Positions 31,154 through 41,334 are shown, numbered from the stretch's first letter. The stretch: 64,000 bases of DNA from Candidatus Nitrospinota bacterium M3_3B_026 (GCA_051418015.1 JBPRGF010000031.1:32001-96000); one strand, 5' to 3'. Numbers and translations: made by a program. The notes: generated from the sequence alone by a model not told the origin.

Positions 31154-32053
31154 TCAGCCTTTCGTTATCTCGGTGCCTATCCCCTCGTCGGTGAATATCT
31201 CCAGCAGGACGGAGTGGTTCACCCTGCCGTCTATGATGTGGGCCTTGCCGGCCCCCGCCGCGAGCGCCTCGAAGCAGGCCTCGGCCTTCGGGACCATGCC
31301 GCCGGTTATCACGCCGTTTTTTATGAGCCTCCTGGCCCCGCTCTCCGTGAGCCGCGAGATGAGTTTTCCATCGGCGTCCAGGACGCCCGCCTCGTCGGTG
31401 AGCAGGACGAGCTTGGCCGCGCCCAGGGCGCCGGCCACGGCGCTGGCGACGAAGTCGGCGTTTATATTGAAAGTCTCCCCCCCCTCGCCGTGCCCGACGG
31501 GGGCTATCACGGGGATGAACCCGTCCCTTTCCAGGGTGTTCAGTATGCCCGCGTCCACCCGGGTCACCTTTCCCACCATGCCGATGTCGATTATCTCCGG
31601 GCGGTCCGTCGCCGGGTCCTTTTTTTCCACCAGCGTCTTCTCGGCCGTGACGAGCCCCCCGTCCTTGCCGGACAGGCCGACGGCCCGGCCGCCATGCCTG
31701 TTGATGAGGGCCACTATCTCCTTGTTCACGAGCCCCACCAGCACCATCTCCACGACGCTCAGGGTCTCCTCGTCGGTGACGCGCATCCCCTGGACGAAGC
31801 TCGTCCGGATGTTCATCCTCTTCAGGGTGTCGCTTATCCTGGGGCCGCCGCCGTGGACGACGACGGGGTTTATCCCGATGTGTTTCAGGAGCGCGATGTC
31901 CCGCGCGAAGCCGCTTTTCAGTTCCTCGTCCACCATCGCCGCGCCGCCGTATTTCACCACCATGACGCCTCCGCCGAAGGCGCGCAGGTAGGGCAGCGCC
32001 TCGGCCAGAACGGCGGCCTTGCCGACAAGCTCGTCGAGTTTTTTTTGCTCCAT
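31154..32053 (-). CDS. argB: Acetylglutamate kinase
   Basis: VVKYGG, VVHGGG, NINAD, GGMVPK. Confidence 0.96.
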   Translation of the reverse strand: MEQKKLDELVGKAAVLAEALPYLRAFGGGVMVVKYGGAAMVDEELKSGFARDIALLKHIGINPVVVHGGGPRISDTLKRMNIRTSFVQGMRVTDEETLSVVEMVLVGLVNKEIVALINRHGGRAVGLSGKDGGLVTAEKTLVEKKDPATDRPEIIDIGMVGKVTRVDAGILNTLERDGFIPVIAPVGHGEGGETFNINADFVASAVAGALGAAKLVLLTDEAGVLDADGKLISRLTESGARRLIKNGVITGGMVPKAEACFEALAAGAGKAHIIDGRVNHSVLLEIFTDEGIGTEITKG

Positions 32054-32072
32054 CGGGCGGATAGCGCCTTTC

Positions 32073-32405
32073 TCAAACCCTGGTGAAAAAGGCGAGGATA
32101 GCCGAAAAGCGGGACAATTTCCACACCGAGCCGAGCGACGCGGCGATCCTCCGGCCGCGCCGTTTCCTGGAGAGCCTTCTCCGGAGAGCCTCGTCCACGT
32201 ACCACACGCCGCCCATGTCCATGGGGCGGACGCCGCTTTCCTTCACCACCCCCATCGGCCCGGCGGCGTAGGGGATCAGCCGCGCCACGGCGCCGTTCTC
32301 GTCGTAGACTATCACCTCCACGTCCTGCCTGTTGACGAGGCCCAGCGTCCCGCGGGGGTATTTCTGGAACAGCTCCAGGCTTATCTTTCTTTTCCTCATG
32401 CTCAT
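32073..32405 (-). CDS. Hypothetical protein between xerC and argB
   Basis: ATGA-coupled to the xerC stop; host codon usage. Confidence 0.55.
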   Translation of the reverse strand: MSMRKRKISLELFQKYPRGTLGLVNRQDVEVIVYDENGAVARLIPYAAGPMGVVKESGVRPMDMGGVWYVDEALRRRLSRKRRGRRIAASLGSVWKLSRFSAILAFFTRV

Positions 32406-33394
32406 CGGATCACCTTTGACGATGTTTTTCCGTTCTGTCCGGCCGCGCCGCCGTCGAGGGAGGCCCTGGGATGCGCGGCGTCGTAGACCTCCATCAGCCT
32501 GCCGAGGCCGACGTGGGTGTATTTCTGCGTCGTGGAGAGGCTCGCGTGGCCCAGCATCTCCTGTATCACCCGCAGGTCCGCCCCGTTGTCCAGCAGGCTC
32601 GTGGCAAAGGTGTGGCGGAGCTTGTGCGGCGCCACGGGACGGCCAAGGCCCGCCCTCCGCGCGCGCTCTTTCACGATGGAGTGGATCGACCTGACCGAAA
32701 GCCGCCCGCCCCGGGCGTTGGTGAAGACGGGCAGGCCCCGCGCGTCGCTCTTTCTTTCCGGGGGGGTGTCCAGAAGATCGCGCAGGGCCTGCTCCGCGGC
32801 CCGGCCGAAGGGGATGATCCTTTTTTTGCCGCCCTTGCCGTGGACCGTCATAAATCTCGATCCGAAATCCACGTCCTCGACGCTCAACGCGGCGAGCTCC
32901 GAGGCCCGGGCGCCGGTGGCGTACAGAACCTCCAGGATGGCCCTGTCCCGAGCCTCCGCGGGCCCCGCCCCGCCGGCCACGCCGTCGAGCAGGGCCGACG
33001 CCTCGCCGCGGGTCAGAAAATCCGGCGTCCTCTTCGGCTTGGCGGGCAAGGAAACGCCGCGGGCGGGATTGCCCTTCAGGATGTCCACCTGGTTCAGGTA
33101 CTGGAAAAAAGCGCGCAGCGTGGAAAGCTTGCGCTCCATCGTGGCGGGGCTGAAACTCTTCTCGTACAGCGTCCCGGAAAATGCCCGGACAAGGGTGTGG
33201 TCCATGGCGGCGAGGGCGCCCTGGCCGGACTTTTCGCCCCAAGCGCCTATCCCACGCAGAAAATCGAAAAACTGCCGCAGGTCCAGCGTGTAGGCGAGGA
33301 CGGTGTTCATGGAGATGTTCTTCTCGGCCATCATCCGGTCGAGGAACATCTTTATGAACCTGTCCTCCGCCCGGTTTTTATCCTGTCCGCTCAT
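32402..33394 (-). CDS. xerC: Tyrosine recombinase XerC
   Basis: RDRAILEVLY.TG.R, HKLRHTFAT, GADLRVIQEMLGHASLSTTQKYTHV. Confidence 0.88.
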   Translation of the reverse strand: MSGQDKNRAEDRFIKMFLDRMMAEKNISMNTVLAYTLDLRQFFDFLRGIGAWGEKSGQGALAAMDHTLVRAFSGTLYEKSFSPATMERKLSTLRAFFQYLNQVDILKGNPARGVSLPAKPKRTPDFLTRGEASALLDGVAGGAGPAEARDRAILEVLYATGARASELAALSVEDVDFGSRFMTVHGKGGKKRIIPFGRAAEQALRDLLDTPPERKSDARGLPVFTNARGGRLSVRSIHSIVKERARRAGLGRPVAPHKLRHTFATSLLDNGADLRVIQEMLGHASLSTTQKYTHVGLGRLMEVYDAAHPRASLDGGAAGQNGKTSSKVIR

Positions 33395-33647
33395 GCCTTT
33401 TCCGAATGCAATAAAGGTACCAAGAGACGGCGCCAAGGTTGGAAATTAACTGGCGGAAATACAACAGGTTATGGCCGCTTACTTAAACGGAGCGATGAAG
33501 CGATCCCCCGGTGGCGGGTCATTTCCAACGTTTTTTGCAGTTTTTCGCGCCCGGGGGGATTGGAGGGGACGCCTCAACCGCTCCGGGCGCGTTCCGGGCG
33601 CGTCATTGGCGGCCGGTTCGCCGCCGCCTGAGAGCCGGGCGGAAGGG

Positions 33648-34175
33648 TCAGAGGAACCGGCCCTCCGTGAAGGAGACCCCGAGCGGCGCCTCGAAATCGA
33701 CAAAGCTTTCCGGCTCGTCGCCCTTGAAGATCACGTATATCTTGCGGGCCACTACCTGCTCCAGGACCAGCGGCGCCGCCAGCACCTGGAACTTGCGGGT
33801 GAGCATGACAGCGACGTTATAAGTCCGCGCGCCTTTCTCGAAATGGGGCTCGACGCGGATGATCCGCGCGCTGTCGACGGTCTCCGCCATCAGCTGGACG
33901 TTCACGGGGACCTGGCCGAACTCGCCCTCGAGGACGGCCTCCCTTGGCTCGAAACGCCTGCTCATCTGCCGGGCGACCTGCTCGGCGCTGTCGTAATGCG
34001 GGCTCTTGAAACGACTGCTAAGGGCGTAGTAGGTCTCGGCGTCGCTGGAGTAAAACGAGTCTATCAGGCCGAATATCAGCTTCTCGGCCGGGTCGTTCTC
34101 CCCGGCTGCCGCGTAACCGGCCGGCCCAAACACGAGGGCCGCGGCCAACAATGTAATAGTCTTTAACGCTTTCAC
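33648..34175 (-). CDS. Secreted hypothetical protein
   Basis: GTG start with signal peptide ending AYA/AAG; sigma28-like element upstream. Confidence 0.65.
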   Translation of the reverse strand: MKALKTITLLAAALVFGPAGYAAAGENDPAEKLIFGLIDSFYSSDAETYYALSSRFKSPHYDSAEQVARQMSRRFEPREAVLEGEFGQVPVNVQLMAETVDSARIIRVEPHFEKGARTYNVAVMLTRKFQVLAAPLVLEQVVARKIYVIFKGDEPESFVDFEAPLGVSFTEGRFL

Positions 34176-34254
34176 TTCCTGATGCTCCTTATGCGTCAAA
34201 CTACCGTTATTATAGCAAATCGTTAAGCTCCGTTCACGGTCCGCCATGACTTTC

Positions 34255-34281
34255 TTATCGGCGATTCCGGCCGTCTCATGA
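34255..34281 (-). promoter_or_regulatory. Possible sigma28 promoter
   Basis: TCAT-N15-GCCGATAA; exact -10, weak -35. Confidence 0.4.
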
Positions 34282-34845
34282 CCGGCCGCGGGCTATGCCA
34301 CTGTTTTCTCGACTGCTATATTCGATCCCCTCCGGGACAATGATATCCATATTCGTCCCCGCCACGGCCAGCGTCTTCGAAAGCCCCGTCCTCTCATACC
34401 ATCGCTCGATCCGCTCATCGGTCTCCTCCGGCGAAAGCGCCGAAAGCTCGCCGATGGTCATGTCCGCCGTCAACTGAAAGTGCGGCGCGTCCCTGAACGC
34501 CTCCCAGCGCCCGCCCCACTCGAACCCCAAGGCCTCGCCCGTCTCGCCGATCCGCTCCCACAGCTCCCAGTCGTCCCACACCGCCTTCCCGCCGACAACG
34601 GGAACCACGTCGCGGGCGACGCGGTATTGATGAGGCGACCGGCCCGCGTCCGCCTGGGTCACGACGGCGCCGGGCTTCGTCCTGCCGCGGGCGAAAAGCT
34701 CCGCCTGCTCCTCATACGAGCGGTACGAGCAGGTCGTTATCAGCTCTATCCCCTCGGCCAGCATGAAGGCGTCGTGCGCCCGGGCGGCGCGTTCGACGAT
34801 CGGCAGAAGATCGGAAAGTTTTCGAGACGGCGCCATCCCCCTCAC
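34276..34845 (-). CDS. M15 L-Ala-D-Glu peptidase endolysin
   Basis: YRSYEEQAELFARGRT, SPHQY..A.D, WGGRW..F.D.PHFQ. Confidence 0.88.
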   Translation of the reverse strand: MRGMAPSRKLSDLLPIVERAARAHDAFMLAEGIELITTCSYRSYEEQAELFARGRTKPGAVVTQADAGRSPHQYRVARDVVPVVGGKAVWDDWELWERIGETGEALGFEWGGRWEAFRDAPHFQLTADMTIGELSALSPEETDERIERWYERTGLSKTLAVAGTNMDIIVPEGIEYSSRENSGIARGRS

Positions 34846-36830
34846 ATCCCCTCCGGCAGGAACCAGCCCTGGGTGTAGATATTCACCTGGTCGGACGTCG
34901 CGACGGACATACAGACTTCTATGATCTGAGACGAATCCGTATAAGCGATGGCCGGATTGGTGGAATACTGATTATCCGTCCTCGCTTTGTCCACGAAGTT
35001 TCCCCCTCCGCTTGTGCCGTTCGGACGGATATAAACGCCCGCGTCGGCATCGACGTAGTAAGTATTAAGAGTGATGTCTCCCGCGGACGAGATCGCCGGG
35101 ATGGTGAGTGTCACGTCCGTCCAGGTCGTACTCGGCGTGAGACCGAGGGCGACGTTAATGCTTTCGTTGTATCGCACCCTGTCGCCGCCGTGGCTGAATT
35201 CCTTTATCTGGCCCGCCCCGTCCGTCCTGAAGGCGAAGACACAGCGATCGCTCCCGTTGTAATGGCCGCGTTTTGCCTGATCGTAGCTCGGCGCGGTCGT
35301 GGAGTTGAGGAACATCGCGGCCGTCAGCGTCGTGTTCGATCCGATGGCGCTCGCGTCGAGGTAGAAGTAATGCCACTGGCTCGCGCCCAGAGCCGACGAG
35401 TCCGGGTTCGACCCTCCCGGCCCGAAGGTAAAGGTCAGCTGCGACGTGACCTCGCGCATGACGCCGCCGAGCTCGTAGTAGCCGGAGTTGATCTTTACCG
35501 TCGTGGCCGATCCCCAGTCGAAACCGCACCGCAGGTACTCGCCCGCCATCACGGAGCCGCCGGACTGTGTCGTCTCCGTCCAGACCGCCGCTGTGGCCGT
35601 CGCGTCGAGACAGACGTACTCCTTGTCCGCGCTGACATCCACCCAGCGCGACCCGACGGAGTAGCCCGCCGACGAGTCGTCGGTCGCCGTGGGGGCGGAG
35701 ACGGCGGTAAGGTTGACCTTCAGGTTCTCGACGTTGCCGAGCCCCGCCTGCGCCTTCGTCACGGCATGGGGGTTGGCCGTATCGGCGATATGCGTGTCGA
35801 TCTGCGCGTGGGTGTTCGTCCCAATGCTGGAAAGCGCCGCATGGTCGATCTGCGCCCCATCCCCGCCGGAATGGTCATGGGCGTCCCCGCCGGTCACACC
35901 CTTGGCGATGGGGGCGTAGTCCGCGTCGTGGTCGTGGGTGGCTCCGGATTTGCCGGAAAGCTCCGTGTTGATCTTGTCCGCGCTCCACAGGTCCGTGATC
36001 CCCGTCGCGGCGTCGTTTATCCGCCTGTGTTCGTCGGCGCTGTAGTTGGTTAACGCATTATGGTTTATCTGCGTCTCCACGACGTCGATGTCCACCTCGT
36101 TGTTAACGGCGTCATCGGCGACCGTGACCTTCGCCGACGCGGCGTTGATATTCCTGAACTGAAGGTCCTCGCCCGCCTTCTGCTTGAACAGCCCCACGCC
36201 GCCCGTCCCGATATTCGACGCCGTGTTCGCCTCGCCGGAGGACGTGCCCGTGACGAACTCCAGCCCGTCCTCGGTCGCCTTCACTCTTGGGAAACGCCCC
36301 GCCTGCCCCGCGTAGTCCGCGGGCGTATCGGAAAGCCCCGTGAAGGCGCCATCCCCCAGGTCGCCCATCGTGGCGACGGGGTTGGCCGCCGAGGGGGCGT
36401 TGGCTCCCGCCAGGGCGGCGTCCTCGTCGGGGGTCAGGTGTTTTTGGGTGTCCTGTACGTGCGTGGCCAGGTTCGAGACCTCGGCGGATGTCAGCGTCTG
36501 CCCGCTGGTATAGAAGTCGTGGAAGGAGACCGCGCCGGAGCCCGCCAGGAGTTTCGCCTTGAAGGGGGAGTAGCCCAGCGCCGGGCTTATCGTCACATGG
36601 TAGTAGGTGTCCCCCGCCAGCTCGTCGTTCGGGTGCAGGGAGACGGAGAACTCTCCGTTCCCGTCCGTGGCCGCCTCCACAACGTTCATCACGTACTCAT
36701 GGGTGTTGACGTTGAACGCCGTGACCGCTATCCCGGCGCCGTCCACCAGGGTAAAGACGACGCTGACGCCGGACTGCGCCGTCCCGTCCGGCGCCTCTAA
36801 GGGGTCGCCGGTGTTGGTTATGGTTCTCAT
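34842..36830 (-). CDS. Tail fibre / receptor-binding protein
   Basis: Mosaic fibre motifs (TGLSDTPADY, HIADTANPHAVTKAQAGLGNV, PTATDDSSAGYSVGSRWV) and a lower-GC C-terminal domain. Confidence 0.75.
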   Translation of the reverse strand: MRTITNTGDPLEAPDGTAQSGVSVVFTLVDGAGIAVTAFNVNTHEYVMNVVEAATDGNGEFSVSLHPNDELAGDTYYHVTISPALGYSPFKAKLLAGSGAVSFHDFYTSGQTLTSAEVSNLATHVQDTQKHLTPDEDAALAGANAPSAANPVATMGDLGDGAFTGLSDTPADYAGQAGRFPRVKATEDGLEFVTGTSSGEANTASNIGTGGVGLFKQKAGEDLQFRNINAASAKVTVADDAVNNEVDIDVVETQINHNALTNYSADEHRRINDAATGITDLWSADKINTELSGKSGATHDHDADYAPIAKGVTGGDAHDHSGGDGAQIDHAALSSIGTNTHAQIDTHIADTANPHAVTKAQAGLGNVENLKVNLTAVSAPTATDDSSAGYSVGSRWVDVSADKEYVCLDATATAAVWTETTQSGGSVMAGEYLRCGFDWGSATTVKINSGYYELGGVMREVTSQLTFTFGPGGSNPDSSALGASQWHYFYLDASAIGSNTTLTAAMFLNSTTAPSYDQAKRGHYNGSDRCVFAFRTDGAGQIKEFSHGGDRVRYNESINVALGLTPSTTWTDVTLTIPAISSAGDITLNTYYVDADAGVYIRPNGTSGGGNFVDKARTDNQYSTNPAIAYTDSSQIIEVCMSVATSDQVNIYTQGWFLPEGM

Positions 36831-36887
36831 CTTCTTTCGTCCTTCGCTCGATTGATGGTGTTCATGATCCCCCCCGCGGCGGCGGCC

Positions 36888-37790
36888 CTAGGCGATCAGC
36901 TTCCAGCTCGTCCCGCCCAGGCCCACGTAGAGGTTTGAGTTCACCGTGTCGAAGACGATGTCCCCCGGGTCGCAGGCGCCGGTGGGCGCGCCTTCGATGG
37001 TGGGCAGGCGCAGCGTCCCGGCGGAGTAGTCGTGGTCGGCCGTCACCGCGGCGGCGGCGCTCTCGCCCATCAGCTTCGTCGTGGCGTCGGGGAAGGTGTA
37101 GTCGCGCATGTTGGTCAGGTTCGTGGTGAGCAGCCTTGCGCTGTTTCCCAGGTAGTTGATCTCGAAGTAGGAGTATGTCGTCCCGAAGTCGGTATGCTGT
37201 GTGTGCAGGCGCGGGTCGTCCCCCTGGCAGACGGCGCCGGGGCCCGTCCCGTAGACAGGCTCGATCACGGCGTCGACGTTGTTTCCGGTGTTGGTCATCC
37301 CGTTGGCGCCGGAGACGGTGTTCGTCTGCCCCGCGCCGCCTGTCGATCCGGCCGGGTCGAGGTATATCGCCGTGGAGGAGAGGACGCAGCCGAGCTTCGA
37401 CGGCGTGGGGGTGGTGGTCACCGTCCCCGACGCGGAAAGATAGACGAACTTGTCCGCAGGGCCGAAGGCCCAGCCGCCGCTCTGAACCCTGCCGGCGAGA
37501 CACAGGCGAACGGGGTCCCCCGCCGCCGCCGTCTCCACCGCCGCGCCGAGGGGATCGGCGAAGGTGTAGGCGCCGCTGGCGGCCAGGTAGGCCTTCTTCG
37601 CGCCGGTCCCGTCGTCCTTTATCACGGCGATCTGTCCCGCCGCCAGGTCCTCCGCGGCGGCGATCCGGTACATGAAAGACGGCTCATCGAGAAAATCGAG
37701 GTTCTCGTTGTTCCAGGCGTCCCACCCGTCGGTGGAGCCTGGGGCGGTCTTGCGCAGGTTCCTGTTCGGTGTGTAGCTTTGTATGGGCAT
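36888..37790 (-). CDS. Virion fibre-like structural protein
   Basis: Fibre-type N-terminus YTPNRNLRK..W...NENLDFLD followed by a capsid-cement-like segment. Confidence 0.65.
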   Translation of the reverse strand: MPIQSYTPNRNLRKTAPGSTDGWDAWNNENLDFLDEPSFMYRIAAAEDLAAGQIAVIKDDGTGAKKAYLAASGAYTFADPLGAAVETAAAGDPVRLCLAGRVQSGGWAFGPADKFVYLSASGTVTTTPTPSKLGCVLSSTAIYLDPAGSTGGAGQTNTVSGANGMTNTGNNVDAVIEPVYGTGPGAVCQGDDPRLHTQHTDFGTTYSYFEINYLGNSARLLTTNLTNMRDYTFPDATTKLMGESAAAAVTADHDYSAGTLRLPTIEGAPTGACDPGDIVFDTVNSNLYVGLGGTSWKLIA

Positions 37791-37814
37791 CGGTCACGTC
37801 CTTTCGATCTTGTT

Positions 37815-38052
37815 CTCACCGCGGAAACGCCGAGGACGCGGAGAATGGGAAAATTTAAACTTGACTCCGCGTCCTCCGCTATCTCTCTCATCCTCCCCCT
37901 CGACGGGGGAGGGCTGGGTGGGGGTGAATGATTTATTCATACCCCCACCCCTGTATCCCCTCCCTCCGGGGGAGGGGAAAAAGAGTTGGCCGTCGCAGGA
38001 GCGGGCGGGCTTCGGACCTCAACCTCAAAAACCCTCCCTCCGGGGGAGGGGA
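37815..38052. repeat. Host REP-like palindromes inside the phage-like operon
   Basis: Family A copies at 37890-37978 and 38020-38052, plus a GAGGACGCGGAG/CTCCGCGTCCTC hairpin. Confidence 0.8.
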
Positions 38053-38097
38053 CTATATTGAGTTTGTCATTTTGCGGCGCCTTCTCCAACACGGCTT

Positions 38098-40758
38098 TCA
38101 GTTCTCCATCACCTGGCCGCCGCCGTATGGCGCCTGGCCGAAGGGCGCCTTGCCTGCGCCTGAGCGGACGCGGCGGTAGCGCATGGCGTGGACGGTGACG
38201 GCGCCAAGCTCCCCGCCGTCGAGCGACCCGGGGTCTATCTCCACGGAGACCACCCGCATCCTCGTCTTATCGAGGCCGTCCATCTGGGCCGTGACTTCGA
38301 TGATGTCGTTCGGCTCCAGGGCGAGCTTTTTGCCAAGGGGGAAGGTCATGGTGTAATAGTCCGCCATCGAAGCGTGGTCGTTCAGGACGGCCAGGGCGTA
38401 GTCCTCCGCCTCCTGGCGCGTCATCGCGGCGGAGAGGGACGCCTCGTGGCGGCGAGGGCCGTGCACGTCCACGGAGCCCTGGTCGCGCATGGTGACCTCG
38501 CCGCGGCGGCCGGTCTCGTCTGTGTACGAGACGGTGATCTCGTTTATCACCGTCTCCGGCGCGCTCCGCGTCCTGCGGATCATGGGCAGGCCGCCGGGCC
38601 CGGCCAAAAGCTCGTCCTGGGTTATCACCGCCTCGCCCCCTTGCGCCGGGGGAGGAGAGAGGGGGTCGCGGACGGGGGCTTTTGGCGCCAGATCCCACTT
38701 GCCGGTGATGAAGTTTCTTTTCATCTCCACCCCAGCCTCCCGGGCCACCTCGCCCAGGAAATCGCAGACGGTCATCTGCCTTCCGGCGCGGTACTTGAGC
38801 CTCGGCAGGGACGGGTCGTCGTACCCATCGCCGAGCTCCTCCGGCGGAATCAGCGAGGCCATGATCTGGCCCGCCGCCGATCCCGGCCCGCTGACCAGCG
38901 CGGTCACCTCGGCGCCTTCGATGATCGTCTCCACGGGGTCGTATTCCAGCTCCAGCTCCACGCCGAGGAGGATCAGGCTGTTCGTGTCGGGCCAGACCGT
39001 CCCGGAGACCCAGGCGCGAAAGTCGCCGGTGATGGCGCCTTCGCTGTCGATCCTGGCGGCGACGAGATCCGTCACGTCACGGTAGAGGGTTATCTCTCCG
39101 CCGTGGCGCGGATCGGGGCTGGTCTGGGTGTAGGGGTAGCCCGAGTTGCCGGGCCATACCTCGAACTCGGCGCCCCTGCGCCCGCGGACCACCGTCCAGC
39201 CGGAGGGCTCTATCCCCGCGCCGTCGCCAAGCTCGCTCATGGGGAAGGAGTCCGACCCGCCGAGAAACTCCAGGTTCAACCGCCCCTGGGAGACATCCGA
39301 GGATATATCGAGCCCGGTGTAGGTGATGACCAGCCTGGCCGCGGCGAGCCTTGAGCCGATGGGGGGATAGGCCGGGGACATGACAAGCCCCAGCCGCGTG
39401 GAGACGGGCGCGCCGCCGCCGGACGCGGGGATGGCGAAATCGCCCAGGATGCAGGGGCGCTCCTCGGCGTTGTGGCCGTGGGGATATCGCGCCGTCAGCT
39501 GCCAGGGCCGCAGGTGGTCCGCCCCGGCGGTGAAATCCTCGTCGACGGCGGTCCACTTCACCCTCAGCAGCGAAGGGTTGCCCGCCTTGCCCCGCGCCGC
39601 GCCGCCGCGCCGGATCCAGGCTATCCCGAACCCGTGGTCCTTGACCACCTCGCCGCCTGAAAGCTCCACACCGTCGGCGAAGACCCTGGAGATGAACCCG
39701 CCCCGTCCCGGATGGAAGCCGTCCTTCGGGCTACCGGTGTCCAGCCCGCCGTGGTAGAACTGCCAGGGCGATCCCATGGCTGGCTCGGAGGCGGCGTATG
39801 GGCCCTCGCCGGACTCGTCGGAGCGGGGCCACAGCCGCCCAGGGGCCGGGGCGAAAAGCGGCGACGCGCCGGAGAGGGGCGTGGGGACGTAAAAAAGACC
39901 CGCGCCGCCGGGAGCGCCGAGGGGGTACTCCCACGCGCCGTCCTGGGTCATCGCGGGCGCCTTTGTGACGGTCAGCCGCCAGTCGCCTATGTAAAGGTCG
40001 AACGGCGCGGGATACGGCGCGGCCTGGCTGCTGTCGCCGCTTTCCGGGAAGCGGACGGCGAGCGTGGCCGCCCCCGCCGCCGGGTCGAAAAGCCCCGCGG
40101 GGCCTTCCACCACCCCCGCCCGCGCCGGGCCGGCCAGTGGCAGCCCCTCGACAAGGACGTCGTCGCCGAAGACGGCGGGTTTCCATTTCCCCAAGGTCTC
40201 CCTCGGCAGGCCGCCCCACTGGCGCCTGGTGTAGCGCCCCAGCAGAAGATCGCCCCAGGGACAGTCGCCCCCGGCCCATTCCCCCTCCCGGGCCACGATG
40301 TCCAGCGGGCAGACGAAGGGGGTTATCTCCATGGATATCTCCGGCCTGCCCGTGAGAACCGGCAGAAGGTCGTTCAGGGCGTCCGCCGAAGGCTCCGCGA
40401 GCCCCGCGCCGTCGAGCCACAGGTAGAGCGTGGCCGTGGAGGCGGCCAGGTCGTACTCCCGGAAAAGGCGGCTTACGTTCCCCTCCCCCGGCCCCAGGGC
40501 GCCGGGCTTGTTGGAAAGCTCCACGGTCGCGTCGGAGACCTTTATCTCGCCCCCCGACGGGTCGAAATACCTGTCCACCGGCCCCCACCCCATGACCAGC
40601 GGCGCCCAGTCCGCCCCCCACAGGGTGCACGGCCTGTCGGCCAGCCGCAGGGTCCTCTCCCCCCCGCCGGCCGGCCGCAGGACGATCTCGAACAGCCACA
40701 CGGGCCTTTTCAACGGCGCGGCCAGGGCCGCGTTCATCGCGTCTGAAAACTGTCTCAT
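38098..40758 (-). CDS. Putative tail hub/tip protein
   Basis: N-terminus P.WLFEI..LRLADR; C-terminal tail-type INEITVSY, SVDVHGPR, LEPNDIIEV, GKAPFGQAPYGG. Confidence 0.65.
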   Translation of the reverse strand: MRQFSDAMNAALAAPLKRPVWLFEIVLRPAGGGERTLRLADRPCTLWGADWAPLVMGWGPVDRYFDPSGGEIKVSDATVELSNKPGALGPGEGNVSRLFREYDLAASTATLYLWLDGAGLAEPSADALNDLLPVLTGRPEISMEITPFVCPLDIVAREGEWAGGDCPWGDLLLGRYTRRQWGGLPRETLGKWKPAVFGDDVLVEGLPLAGPARAGVVEGPAGLFDPAAGAATLAVRFPESGDSSQAAPYPAPFDLYIGDWRLTVTKAPAMTQDGAWEYPLGAPGGAGLFYVPTPLSGASPLFAPAPGRLWPRSDESGEGPYAASEPAMGSPWQFYHGGLDTGSPKDGFHPGRGGFISRVFADGVELSGGEVVKDHGFGIAWIRRGGAARGKAGNPSLLRVKWTAVDEDFTAGADHLRPWQLTARYPHGHNAEERPCILGDFAIPASGGGAPVSTRLGLVMSPAYPPIGSRLAAARLVITYTGLDISSDVSQGRLNLEFLGGSDSFPMSELGDGAGIEPSGWTVVRGRRGAEFEVWPGNSGYPYTQTSPDPRHGGEITLYRDVTDLVAARIDSEGAITGDFRAWVSGTVWPDTNSLILLGVELELEYDPVETIIEGAEVTALVSGPGSAAGQIMASLIPPEELGDGYDDPSLPRLKYRAGRQMTVCDFLGEVAREAGVEMKRNFITGKWDLAPKAPVRDPLSPPPAQGGEAVITQDELLAGPGGLPMIRRTRSAPETVINEITVSYTDETGRRGEVTMRDQGSVDVHGPRRHEASLSAAMTRQEAEDYALAVLNDHASMADYYTMTFPLGKKLALEPNDIIEVTAQMDGLDKTRMRVVSVEIDPGSLDGGELGAVTVHAMRYRRVRSGAGKAPFGQAPYGGGQVMEN

Positions 40759-40768
40759 CGCGCCCCCC

Positions 40769-41161
40769 TCACAAAAGCTCGATCCGTATCGGGCCGAGGC
40801 TCCAGCGGCCGAACCCGGCGGGAGCGCTCGGCGCCTCCGTTGAAGCGAAGACGGCGCGGTGGACGGCCCCGGAGGAGTCCCGGTACTCGAACTCCCCGGC
40901 GCCTACGGCGTTAAAAAAACCCGTCCCGTCCGGCGCGGCGAAGGAGTCCCTCTCCCGGGTGGTCAACCGGCTGTAGGTTATGGTCACCACCCTTTCGGAA
41001 AGGCCCGCCGCCTGGCGGACCACCACGCCGCCAGCCGTTCGTCCGGCGGCGGCGGCGATGCGGGTGTCGAAGGATTCCCTCTCCTCGTCGGGCAGGCGCG
41101 GCGGGGCGAAGGTGTACGTCATCGAGGCGAAGGAGGGCCAGGCCATGGCGGGCTTTGTCAT
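40769..41161 (-). CDS. Putative distal-tail-like protein
   Basis: 130 aa, RTAGG..., FFNAVG..FEYRDSSG..H; lies before the hub gene. Confidence 0.5.
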   Translation of the reverse strand: MTKPAMAWPSFASMTYTFAPPRLPDEERESFDTRIAAAAGRTAGGVVVRQAAGLSERVVTITYSRLTTRERDSFAAPDGTGFFNAVGAGEFEYRDSSGAVHRAVFASTEAPSAPAGFGRWSLGPIRIELL

Positions 41162-41334
41162 GGCTTCCTCCCCGGGCCCGCGGCGCCGAGCCTTTCGCGG
41201 CCGGACCTTGCGATGTACCTTTCAAGCTCCGGGACGAGCCTGTCCCTTGTCCTCTTGCGCTCAAGCGCCCTGTCCCGCGCCCCCGCGCGCGCCATGGGCG
41301 CCGCGCTCATCCTGCCTTCTTTTTTCGGCTTCAT
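41158..41334 (-). CDS. 58-aa ORF in the tape-measure position
   Basis: Below the ORF-track cutoff; RBS GGGAGG; MKPKKEG...RDRLVPELERYIARSGRERL...; stop overlaps the next ATG (ATGA). Confidence 0.55.
   Translation of the reverse strand: MKPKKEGRMSAAPMARAGARDRALERKRTRDRLVPELERYIARSGRERLGAAGPGRKP

Noticed and set aside
32402..33394. Tyrosine recombinase as the integrase of the phage-like cluster
   Set aside because: Motifs and argB linkage indicate housekeeping XerC; Mu-like elements use DDE transposases, and no att repeats were seen.
34842..35300. Diversity-generating retroelement acting on the fibre C-terminus
   Set aside because: No reverse transcriptase or template-repeat copy in the window; lower GC fits ordinary domain swapping.
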